A stretch of 64,000 nt of DNA from Gammaproteobacteria bacterium (lineage in GTDB: Bacteria > Pseudomonadota > Gammaproteobacteria > Arenicellales > Poriferihabitantaceae), in contig JAJEAV010000033.1 of NCBI GenBank assembly GCA_022822625.1, positions 3,500-67,499 on the forward strand, written 5' to 3'. Positions 37,469 through 45,315 of this stretch are shown piece by piece; within the stretch, counting starts at the first letter, position 1; each line of letters opens with the position of its first letter. The notes under the pieces were generated by a model. The model ran no database searches, had not been told where the DNA came from, and saw only the letters and a list, made by a program, of their open reading frames with translations. A program made the translations under genes and the position numbers.

Positions 37469-37488
37469 GATATAATTCCCAATAATTT
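37469..37488. repeat. Left boundary of the tnpB unit: TIR GATATAATTCCC (37469-37480) plus direct repeat AATAATTT (37481-37488)
   Basis: This is the partner of 36224-36243 and was hand-verified. Confidence 0.8.
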
Positions 37489-37604
37489 CATACGAATTGA
37501 AATGTGGCTAAAGGAAACGACCTTCAAATGGATTGTAAACCGAAAAACCCCCCTTGCCGAAAATAATTGAATCAACCCGGGCGGGAAATCCAAATGGAAC
37601 TGGA

Positions 37605-38753
37605 TTAGCAATCGCTCCGCTTATGCCACTCGACAAGATTATTTTCTTCGGTGCGAAGTGGGGCAGGATGATCCGGTTTCTCATCGACCCCGTCTACCCA
37701 AAATGGTGAACGTACAGACCTAAGCCGTCCTTCCGTCGGGTGGTCCACTTCGCCGAAAAAATCAACATCGTTCAGGTGTCCATCTTCAAACAAATCTACC
37801 AGAGACTGCACGGCAGAACAGGGAATATCAAGATCGCGCAATAGTTTCAACCAATCTGAATTTGATCGTTCCGACATTGCCTGGGACAGGACTTCATAAA
37901 GATCGGCAATGTGGTCACTGCGCTGTGCGGGGTCCCGCACCCAATCCGCTTCTGCCAGATCGGCACGCCCAATAGCCGTAAAAAACTCTACCCAGTTCCT
38001 GGTACTATACGGCAACACTGCCAAATACCCATCCTTGGTCGCATAAGGTTTGCGATAGGGTGACACGATACGTTCATAACCTGTTGTTCCGATTGCTGGT
38101 ACAAAAGTCTCGCCATCAAGATGCTCGGATAGCAAAAACGATGCAATGCCTTCATACATTGGAACTTCAATACAGCATCCCTGTCCGGTATTTGCATGAT
38201 GTATGAGTCCTGATAGAACTGCCAGGGCCAGATGAAGCCCTCCTACCTTGTCGCAAATGATCGTGGGCAGGAATCGGGGTTCATCCTTGTCGTTGCGGTT
38301 GAGGTCGGCAACTCCACATGCTGCCTGAATGATGTCGTCATAGGCAGGTAGTTCGGCATTTCGCCCGCCACTGGCATAGCCCGCCGCACAGCAATAAACG
38401 ATTTGAGGAAATGCGCTACGTATGCCTTCAGGATCAACACCCAACTGCTTGGCAGTCACCGGCCGCATGTTATGAACCAGTACATCGGCCCCATCCAGCA
38501 AAGACAGCAAATGATTTTTTCCTTCGGGTGATTTCAAGTCCAGTGTAATCGATCGCTTGTTGCGATTATTGTTGAGATACCCCGCTCCCATGCCTTCTGA
38601 ACGAGCAGGACGGACATAACGGAAAAGATCACCCGAGGGTGATTCGACCTTGATGACGTCTGCCCCGAAATCACCGAGATAGCGGGTAGCAAGCGGACCA
38701 AGTACAATCGTTGTCAAATCCAGAACTCTTGCGCCCTTCAGCAAGTCATACAT
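37605..38753 (-). CDS. Family III (CaiB/BaiF) CoA-transferase
   Basis: 'LKGARVLDLTTIVLGPLATRYLGDFGADVIKVESPSGD' and 382 aa length. Confidence 0.85.
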   Translation of the reverse strand: MYDLLKGARVLDLTTIVLGPLATRYLGDFGADVIKVESPSGDLFRYVRPARSEGMGAGYLNNNRNKRSITLDLKSPEGKNHLLSLLDGADVLVHNMRPVTAKQLGVDPEGIRSAFPQIVYCCAAGYASGGRNAELPAYDDIIQAACGVADLNRNDKDEPRFLPTIICDKVGGLHLALAVLSGLIHHANTGQGCCIEVPMYEGIASFLLSEHLDGETFVPAIGTTGYERIVSPYRKPYATKDGYLAVLPYSTRNWVEFFTAIGRADLAEADWVRDPAQRSDHIADLYEVLSQAMSERSNSDWLKLLRDLDIPCSAVQSLVDLFEDGHLNDVDFFGEVDHPTEGRLRSVRSPFWVDGVDEKPDHPAPLRTEENNLVEWHKRSDC

Positions 38754-38939
38754 CTGTAATCTCTATTCGTGTGCCCGCGCAGTAAGGATGTCCGCAACCC
38801 ATCAAGACGTGAGCATGTTCATTCCCAGTTGCAACTTGTCTGCAGCCGGAGCATGTTCTGAACTTCTACCAAAAAGTCAAGTGGGTGTAGCGACCCCCTC
38901 CCGATCGCAATCATAGTAGTTTAACGAATCACCCATGTA

Positions 38940-40877
38940 TTACGAATTTGATTTTTGAAAATGAGGTGAAGGATATGTATTCACTGGGGCAAACGAAGTA
39001 TCGTATTGTGGGTAATTCTCTTTGGGATCAAATCCATTATTGAAAGTACCCTTGGAGTTCTTCAGTATGTTGATGGTGGCATCAAGTGCCATTCGCAAGG
39101 CTGGTTCGGTCCAGCCCCCCTCAACACTGTAGTTTTCTCCTGCGAAATAGATTTTTGAATTGCTACTATGTTCCTGATTATATGCCAATAATGCGTAATT
39201 CAAGGCCCAGTTTCTTTGGCGATACAGTTTAGCACAGCCGTGAAAATATGTCTGCTGTGACCAATGTATTACAATTGGGCCACTGTCTATATCAACATAC
39301 TGAATAATCGACTCGTTGAGTGTTGATTGACATATTTCCTCAAGCTTGTCTAGCAGAAACTGTCCGATATAAGAATTGTCGAAAGGCAAAAGTTTAGTAG
39401 CATCATCTTCCCAGGTATAACTCGCCAACAAGACACCTTGTTCTCCACTTTTGTCTGACCATTTCACACCATAGGCATCTTGCACATATTCATCAGTCAC
39501 AATAACTTGAGGGATTTTAGACACGCCATTTTCCCAATATGTCTCTTTCAGTTTATAAAACACTTTGCAACTGGTGATATTATGCTGAGAGTTCCGTGCT
39601 GACAAGACCAATGGGGGCATTTCTGATTGATCAAACCCCGTTAGTTTGATATTTAACTCCGAAGCCCACAAGGTTGGCGTAACAACCACATGATCAACTT
39701 CATAGGTTTCTTTGGTTGAATCTTCACATACGATGTTTATCTTGCCAGTTGATGGATCTTTCTGCAATTCTTGAACCGGAGAATTAGTCAGAATTCGTAC
39801 ATAAGGATTGGATTTTTTCGATGCCTCATATAGTGACGAGTCACTTCCGGGCGGAGGAGCGTAAAACAACCATTCGTCAAGAGCTTGAATGCCTTTGTAA
39901 AGCGGTGGTTCAAGCTTGTTTCCCTTGCTATCTGTAACATCCGAGTTGTAATGCGGCAAGTTGGATTTATCGGTGATACCAACCACAGTTTGCAAGTTTG
40001 AGTTAAACCCGAACATTACGCATCTGATAAACCACATTGAGCTCACTTCATAGAAAGCTCCCCAGCTTCCATCCCCGGACCCAATGAGCGCAAATATTTG
40101 TGCCTGATCATCATCCATGCCAAAACCTCCAAACCAACCATCATTTTGATATTTGGTAATTGCAGGTGTATATACCAGGTCATTTACATTCATCTGTTCA
40201 TAGTTATTTGAAACATTTTTCCAAAATTTACCCCATTCGGCCCCGCTATATAACTTGCCTGCCTCCTGTGTAAACAAGGATACAAAGGCAGAAACCTTCT
40301 GATAAACCTCTTTCAACTTATCGTTGTCCGGAGGAGAAGGATTTGACGGAGTATACGGCCAATCAATTAATGTCGGTTTCGAGTATTCGTTATCAGGTCC
40401 ATAGCCTTTGTTGATATAAATCCCAGTGTTGCCCGGTGCGGCGCCAGGATTGGGGAAATCCTGTAAAGTACAGTTGCCTTCATCCAAAATATAGTACTCA
40501 GATACAGAGTTTTTACTGTCGGGTTTCGAAAAAAATGGGAACCGCATGGCCCCCATTTCCATGTCAGTAACTCCATCTGTATGAGTTGTATAGTGCCTGC
40601 CACAAATTCTACTTGTCGCTTCAATAAGAATGATTTTGTAGCCGCAACGATACAGTTCCCTAGCTGCTGTAATCCCTGCAATACCGCCACCGACTATGCC
40701 GATAGTTGGCGGATTATCAGCATTGGGCGCGTTACCGATTGAATTCTTGTTGTTTTTTGCGAGTGTAAGCAAGTGATAATAATTGAATCGGAAATCAGGA
40801 GGGCTGGGATATGCAGGAAGCCATTCATCAGCAGTGTTAACAACTTGTTGAAGGGGGACATTAAATAGTGTCTTCAT
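38940..40877 (-). CDS. FAD-dependent amine oxidase / amino-acid 2-monooxygenase-like flavoprotein (IaaM / L-amino-acid oxidase family)
   Basis: Dinucleotide fold 'IGIVGGGIAGITAARELYRCGYKIILIEATSRICGR', 'EMGAMRFP' as in tryptophan 2-monooxygenase-type enzymes, and C-terminal 'IYFAGENYSVEGGWTEPALRMAL'. I prefer the ATG at 40877 (MKTLF) over the TTG at 40883. The gene is visibly AT-rich. Confidence 0.7.
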   Translation of the reverse strand: MKTLFNVPLQQVVNTADEWLPAYPSPPDFRFNYYHLLTLAKNNKNSIGNAPNADNPPTIGIVGGGIAGITAARELYRCGYKIILIEATSRICGRHYTTHTDGVTDMEMGAMRFPFFSKPDSKNSVSEYYILDEGNCTLQDFPNPGAAPGNTGIYINKGYGPDNEYSKPTLIDWPYTPSNPSPPDNDKLKEVYQKVSAFVSLFTQEAGKLYSGAEWGKFWKNVSNNYEQMNVNDLVYTPAITKYQNDGWFGGFGMDDDQAQIFALIGSGDGSWGAFYEVSSMWFIRCVMFGFNSNLQTVVGITDKSNLPHYNSDVTDSKGNKLEPPLYKGIQALDEWLFYAPPPGSDSSLYEASKKSNPYVRILTNSPVQELQKDPSTGKINIVCEDSTKETYEVDHVVVTPTLWASELNIKLTGFDQSEMPPLVLSARNSQHNITSCKVFYKLKETYWENGVSKIPQVIVTDEYVQDAYGVKWSDKSGEQGVLLASYTWEDDATKLLPFDNSYIGQFLLDKLEEICQSTLNESIIQYVDIDSGPIVIHWSQQTYFHGCAKLYRQRNWALNYALLAYNQEHSSNSKIYFAGENYSVEGGWTEPALRMALDATINILKNSKGTFNNGFDPKENYPQYDTSFAPVNTYPSPHFQKSNS

Positions 40878-40900
40878 GGTCAAATAAGTATGAGTTATGG

Positions 40901-41020
40901 ATAAAAGGTAGTGCGTGGAGGATGAGATTCATCAAGTGGCTATCGTTGTGCTATCGGATTATACTTTGATTCCGTCCTTGAATTCCACTTCCAGTGTTGT
41001 CCAACAGCAATTACTAATTA
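40901..41020 (-). mobile_element. Second IS256-family tail fragment (last ~20 codons plus the element end)
   Basis: The reverse complement reads '...EVEFKDGIKV*' followed by 'cttgatgaatctcatcctccacgcactac'. By eye it is ~85% identical to 15350-15437 ('GVKFKDGIEI...cttgatgaacctcatccccatgcactac'). Confidence 0.65.
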
Positions 41021-41111
41021 TGAGGATTTTAATTTTACATTGGGTGGTATTCCGGGTTTTAAAAAACGGGTGTTGTGGGGCTGCTCCGTGCCGGAGTAGC
41101 AGTTGGGGAGG

Positions 41112-41264
41112 TCAGGGTCCCTGTGCATTTCGCAGGTGCGGGGAAACGATCTGCGTGAGCAGGGAATGCCGCCTCTTCCGGGTCAGACGCCTGTCCGTCC
41201 AGTCTTCATGGGCCTCTTCAAATCTCATCAGTCTGGTCTCCTCTAGCCATTTTGCCCGCTTCAT
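41112..41264 (-). pseudogene. Short N-terminal fragment of an HTH-type transposase/integrase (decayed)
   Basis: The minus strand encodes 'MKRAKWLEETRLMRFEEAHEDWTDRRLT...', which resembles the N-termini of some integrase-type IS transposases ('...RLMRFEE.Y..W...RLTQEEAA.LLG'). It stops after 50 codons. Confidence 0.3.
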
Positions 41265-41403
41265 GATCTCTCCAAAAAGCGGACAGTTTATGTGCTCGCA
41301 ACATTAACAAAGTTTTTAATTGCAATAGGAAATCGAAATATACATAATATACAATACATCCTTGATAATCCATGTTCGCAAAACAAAAATATCGAAAGCC
41401 ACT

Positions 41404-42963
41404 ATGTCCTGGTTAGCTGTTTTCTTCATCACAATCATTCTCCTTGTAGTGGTTATTGCCGTGTTCAATCGTTTTTACCACAAGGGTTCGCGCGAGAAAG
41501 CCTTGATCAGGACAGGTGCTGGCGGACAAAAAATCGTCATGGATGGGGGCTGTCTCGTGTTGCCCTTCCTGCATCAAGTCGAATTGGTTGACATGAGAAC
41601 AGCATACATGGAAGTTGTGCTGGAAAAAAACAATTCCATACTCACGGAAGACCGGATGCGTGTCGATCTTGGTGTTGCGTTTCATGTCCGAGTCATTCCC
41701 ACCGCTGAAGGTATCGCTACTGCTGCTCAGACGGTCGGAGTCAGGTCCCTCAACCCTGAAAGACTAATTGAATTTCTGAAAGGCAGATTCATAGACGCAC
41801 TGCAAAGCGTTATCGCTACGCATACCATGGACAATTTGCATGAAAATCGATCGCAATTCGTAGCAAGAACAACTGAGTTATTAAGGCCAAGCCTCGAAGA
41901 AAGCGGGCTAAAACTTGAATCTGTGTCTTTGGTGAGACTGGATCAAACAGAGTTTTCTGCACTGAATGAAAACAATGCATTCAATGCTGTCGGGATGAGG
42001 AAGCTGGCAGAAATCGTTACCGCAAACCGCCGAAAACGCAAGGAAGTCGAATCAAGTGCGGATTTGGCGATCCGTCGAACAGAACTGGAAAACATCAAAA
42101 GCCGAATACTCATCGATCTGGAAAAGGAGAAAGCGGAATCTGAAAAAACTATCGAAACGGAACAACTCAAGGCGGAAATGACCCGCCGTTCATCCCATGA
42201 ACGCGAGCAGGCAGAAATTGCATCAGGCCAGGCCAAACTGAATCGAGAACTCGAGATCAAGCGCTCTGAAATTGAACGCGATCAGCAAGTTCGAACAGCC
42301 GAAGTTAACGCATTAAAAGCTGTCGAAGATGCCCGGATTCAAAGTCAAATCGAACTGTCTGAACGCAGGATACAGGAGTCTCAGGCAATGGCAGATGCCG
42401 AATCAAGCCGCAAGGCAATCATTGAAGCGGAAGAAGACGTAAGCCTGGTTCAAGACCGACTGACCGCACAAAGGGCAGGCGAAATAGCCAGAATAAATGC
42501 AGAGCTGGAATCGACAACCGCCATCTACAAGGCCGAAAAAGCAGCGCAAATTGCACAAATTGAATCCGAAAGCGAAAAAGCTTCCTCAGACCTTGTCCAG
42601 GAACAGCTGAAAAATGAAATGTCGGTGAAAGCCCAGGGAGCACTCGAAATGATCAATGCTGAAAATGCCATGGATTCAGAGCTGATTGCAATGAAGCTCG
42701 AAGAGAGGAGATTAAACGTTCTTCCGGACATGGCAGACAAAATGTCACGCCCCCTGGAAAAAATCGGCAAGATTCACATCAATCATGTGGCCGGACTTGG
42801 TTCTGCCCCCAAGGGCGAAAAACAATCCTCTGGTTCGATTGTTGATGAAGTCCTTGATCTTGCCTTTCGGATGCCAGCCGTTAAAAAACTCGGCGAGGCT
42901 GTCGGTGCGGAAATCATCACCCCTGAAAATAAAAACGATACAATCAAGAACAAGAAGAAATGA
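41404..42963 (+). CDS. Flotillin/YqiK-like SPFH-domain membrane protein
   Basis: N-terminal TM 'MSWLAVFFITIILLVVVIAVF', an SPFH core ('ALIRTGAGGQKIVMDGGCLVLPFLHQVELVDMR'), then ~250 aa of E/A/K/Q-rich coiled coil. The ATG is at 41404. Confidence 0.75.
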   Translation: MSWLAVFFITIILLVVVIAVFNRFYHKGSREKALIRTGAGGQKIVMDGGCLVLPFLHQVELVDMRTAYMEVVLEKNNSILTEDRMRVDLGVAFHVRVIPTAEGIATAAQTVGVRSLNPERLIEFLKGRFIDALQSVIATHTMDNLHENRSQFVARTTELLRPSLEESGLKLESVSLVRLDQTEFSALNENNAFNAVGMRKLAEIVTANRRKRKEVESSADLAIRRTELENIKSRILIDLEKEKAESEKTIETEQLKAEMTRRSSHEREQAEIASGQAKLNRELEIKRSEIERDQQVRTAEVNALKAVEDARIQSQIELSERRIQESQAMADAESSRKAIIEAEEDVSLVQDRLTAQRAGEIARINAELESTTAIYKAEKAAQIAQIESESEKASSDLVQEQLKNEMSVKAQGALEMINAENAMDSELIAMKLEERRLNVLPDMADKMSRPLEKIGKIHINHVAGLGSAPKGEKQSSGSIVDEVLDLAFRMPAVKKLGEAVGAEIITPENKNDTIKNKKK

Positions 42964-43047
42964 AACACGGAACCGTATTCAGATGCCAATTCCATGGACA
43001 TTTGTCTACGCTATCCTTACATACACATTAGAGAGGAGTTATCCAAT

Positions 43048-44283
43048 ATGAACATAAAACGACGTCAATTCATCAAGGGTGCCGGGGCAGCCAGCGCCTC
43101 GCTATTTGTACCTCAACTTGCATTTTCCGCTTCTGGACCAGTCAAAATGGGAGTGTTGCTTGACACCTCAGGCCCGTTCAGCGCTTATGGAACACCAATG
43201 GAAATGGCGACTCGCCTTGCTGTAAAGCAAATCAATGACGGCGGGGGATTGCAAGGAAGGGAAGTCGAAATCGTGTTTCGAGACACTCAATCAGACATGA
43301 ATAATTACTCGACTTTTGCAAATCAGTTGGTACGTGAGGGGCTGGACGTATTCCACGGAGGCATTCTCTCTGCATCCAGAGAGGCAATCCGGCAAATATT
43401 GCGCCAAAGGGGAGTACCCTACTTTTACAACGTATTGTATGAAGGGGGCGTATGTGATCGAAACACTTTTGCCACAGGAACGACACCCGCACAACAGGTA
43501 GATGCGTTAATTCCATATGCAATAAATAAATTTGGCGCAAGGAAACTATACGTTCTGGCAGCAAACTACAACTACGGACAGATTACCTCCGCATGGGTCA
43601 ATGAGTATGCAAAAGCAAATGGCGCTACCGATGTTGAAGTCGAATTTTTTGACCTGTCGGATGGCGAATTCGGACCTGCTGTAATCGCAAAAATCCAAGA
43701 AGCTGACAGTGACTTGGTTGTATCCGTTCTTGTTGGTGCCGCCCATCTGAGTTTCTACGGACATTGGGCGGAAACCGGCATGAATCAGAATCCCGATGTC
43801 CACTTGGTTTCAACAACATTTGGAGTGGGTAATGAACACAAAGTATTGCCGGCCAACCAGAGTGACGGCATGCTGATCGCAAACAACTGGGCTCCCGATA
43901 ACCCTTCTGTTCCAGAGAACAAGAAGTTTCTGGATAGTTGGATTGCGGAGTATGGCGATACTGAAGCCATCCACGAGATTGCGGTTTCACAATATCATGG
44001 TATCTTGCTTTGGGCTGAAGCTGCTCGACAGGCTGGTGGGGTAGACAAGGAGTCCATTACCAAGGCACTTGAAAGCGGCATCTCAATTATCGGGCCTGCA
44101 GGTATGGTGAAAATGGACCCACTTACTCACCATTGCAGTCTCGACATTAATATTATGGAGTTAAGTGGTCAGAAGCTGAATGTAGTTCAGAAACTCGAGC
44201 AACGTGAACCACTGGATACTCGACGCTTCTGCAACTTGTCTGAAAACCCTGATTCCAACGTACAGTATGAAATAACCCTGTAG
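43048..44283 (+). CDS. ABC transporter substrate-binding protein, type I PBP (AmiC/FmdD/urea-amide/branched-chain family) with a Tat-type signal
   Basis: RBS GAGAGGAG lies at 43031-43038. The signal is 'MNIKRRQFIKGAGAASASLFVPQLAFS'. 'VKMGVLLDTSGPFSAYG' and 'KLYVLAANYNYGQ' are typical of the Leu/Ile/Val/amide-binding fold. Confidence 0.8.
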   Translation: MNIKRRQFIKGAGAASASLFVPQLAFSASGPVKMGVLLDTSGPFSAYGTPMEMATRLAVKQINDGGGLQGREVEIVFRDTQSDMNNYSTFANQLVREGLDVFHGGILSASREAIRQILRQRGVPYFYNVLYEGGVCDRNTFATGTTPAQQVDALIPYAINKFGARKLYVLAANYNYGQITSAWVNEYAKANGATDVEVEFFDLSDGEFGPAVIAKIQEADSDLVVSVLVGAAHLSFYGHWAETGMNQNPDVHLVSTTFGVGNEHKVLPANQSDGMLIANNWAPDNPSVPENKKFLDSWIAEYGDTEAIHEIAVSQYHGILLWAEAARQAGGVDKESITKALESGISIIGPAGMVKMDPLTHHCSLDINIMELSGQKLNVVQKLEQREPLDTRRFCNLSENPDSNVQYEITL

Positions 44284-44344
44284 AGAAAATCACTTTCAAG
44301 TTAATTCTCTGGTTGGAATTACTGTTTCCCTTCTTCGTAGCAAT

Positions 44345-44382
44345 GAGATTGCGCTTCAAATTTGCAGATGGAGCGCAATCTC
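44345..44382 (+). promoter_or_regulatory. Intercistronic stem-loop (11-bp perfect stem, 16-nt loop) between the binding-protein and permease genes
   Basis: GAGATTGCGCT (44345-44355) pairs with AGCGCAATCTC (44372-44382). No clean U-tract follows. ABC operons often carry such mRNA-stabilising or attenuating hairpins after the SBP gene. Confidence 0.45.
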
Positions 44383-44448
44383 GGAATTTTCCTGATTTGC
44401 GCCCGTTCTCAAACAGCAGGGCTGGTGCATTCCCGTTTTTTTGGTGAA

Positions 44449-45315
44449 ATGGACATCACAGCCATATTCATCCTGCAGATTTTCTATGCCATAGCCTTAC
44501 TGGCACTGATTTCTTTCGGGCTCGCGCTGATATTCGGAATGATGCGCGTCATCAATCTGGCCCATGGAGAATTCCTGACCCTCGGAGCCTATGCAACAAT
44601 TCTTTCTGCCAAAATGGGTGTTAATCTATGGATATCCATGCTTGTCATTTCTCCGCTGGTGGTCGGCCTGTGGAGCTTGATCGTTGAACGCCTTCTGATC
44701 AGATTCCTGTATGGTCGACTCGTGTACACGATGCTGGCCACATGGGGACTGAGTCTCGCCATGGCTGGCGCAATGACCATGATTTTCGGAACCACAACCG
44801 AAGGCGTGTCAGCACAGGCTGGTTCTTTCTCGGTCGGAACCTATCAGGCAAGCCTGTACAGCATTTATGTGATTGTGATAACGATTATCGTGGCGATGGT
44901 GATTGCCTTTGTTCTATTTGGCTCAAACTATGGTCGAGTCGCCCGTGCCGCGATGGAAAATCGAGAAATGGTAGAAGCATTCGGGTACCCGATCAACAAG
45001 GTTTACATGTGGACATTCGTAGCAGGCGGCATGCTATCTGGTTTAGCCGGAGGCATATTGGCGCCAACTACGGGAATTTCACCCTATAGCGGAAGTGCCT
45101 GGATAGCAGATGCCTTCATCACGGTCATTTCGGGCGGAACGGGTTCGGTGATGGGCACACTGGTGAGTGCTGGCATTTTGGGGTCCGTATCTTCGATCAC
45201 CTCCTTCATCTTCAGTTCTGCGTCCGGCGGGGTCGCTCTGCTTATAGCTGCCCTTGTACTGTTGCGCATTCTTCCTACCGGCATATCCAGCCTGTGGCAA
45301 CAGCGTAACCGATGA
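44449..45315 (+). CDS. Branched-chain/amide-type ABC transporter permease (LivH-like)
   Basis: 'MDITAIFILQIFYAIALLALISFGLALIFGMMRVINLAHGEF'. The protein is polytopic and the ATG is at 44449. Confidence 0.85.
   Translation: MDITAIFILQIFYAIALLALISFGLALIFGMMRVINLAHGEFLTLGAYATILSAKMGVNLWISMLVISPLVVGLWSLIVERLLIRFLYGRLVYTMLATWGLSLAMAGAMTMIFGTTTEGVSAQAGSFSVGTYQASLYSIYVIVITIIVAMVIAFVLFGSNYGRVARAAMENREMVEAFGYPINKVYMWTFVAGGMLSGLAGGILAPTTGISPYSGSAWIADAFITVISGGTGSVMGTLVSAGILGSVSSITSFIFSSASGGVALLIAALVLLRILPTGISSLWQQRNR

Larger units (their letters stand above)
36232..37480 (-). mobile_element. Compact 1249-bp tnpB-only element bounded by 12-bp perfect TIRs and flanked by an 8-bp direct duplication
   Basis: TIR GGGAATTATATC / GATATAATTCCC lies at 36232-36243 and 37469-37480. 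AATAATTT lies immediately outside both ends. A single ORF (tnpB) fills the interior, and no tnpA is present. Confidence 0.7.

Noticed and set aside
14962-41020. The two IS256-type fragments could delimit a 26-kb composite transposon.
   Set aside because: Both copies are badly truncated, one to about 120 bp. The interior consists of core housekeeping genes (ccm operon, dapD, dnaB, ribosomal proteins, hfq-hflX). An old rearrangement scar is more plausible than a mobile composite element.
40915-41307. A 130-aa plus-strand ORF next to the amine oxidase gene.
   Set aside because: It is the antisense reading of two transposase fragments (the IS256 tail and the HTH N-terminal fragment). Its N-terminus mirrors the spurious antisense ORF at 15315-15518.
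41404-42963. The SPFH protein might be the missing HflK/HflC.
   Set aside because: It is a single ~519-aa flotillin/YqiK-type protein with a long coiled-coil tail. It is on the opposite strand and 5 kb from hflX inside the accessory block, and it does not have the HflK+HflC pair architecture.
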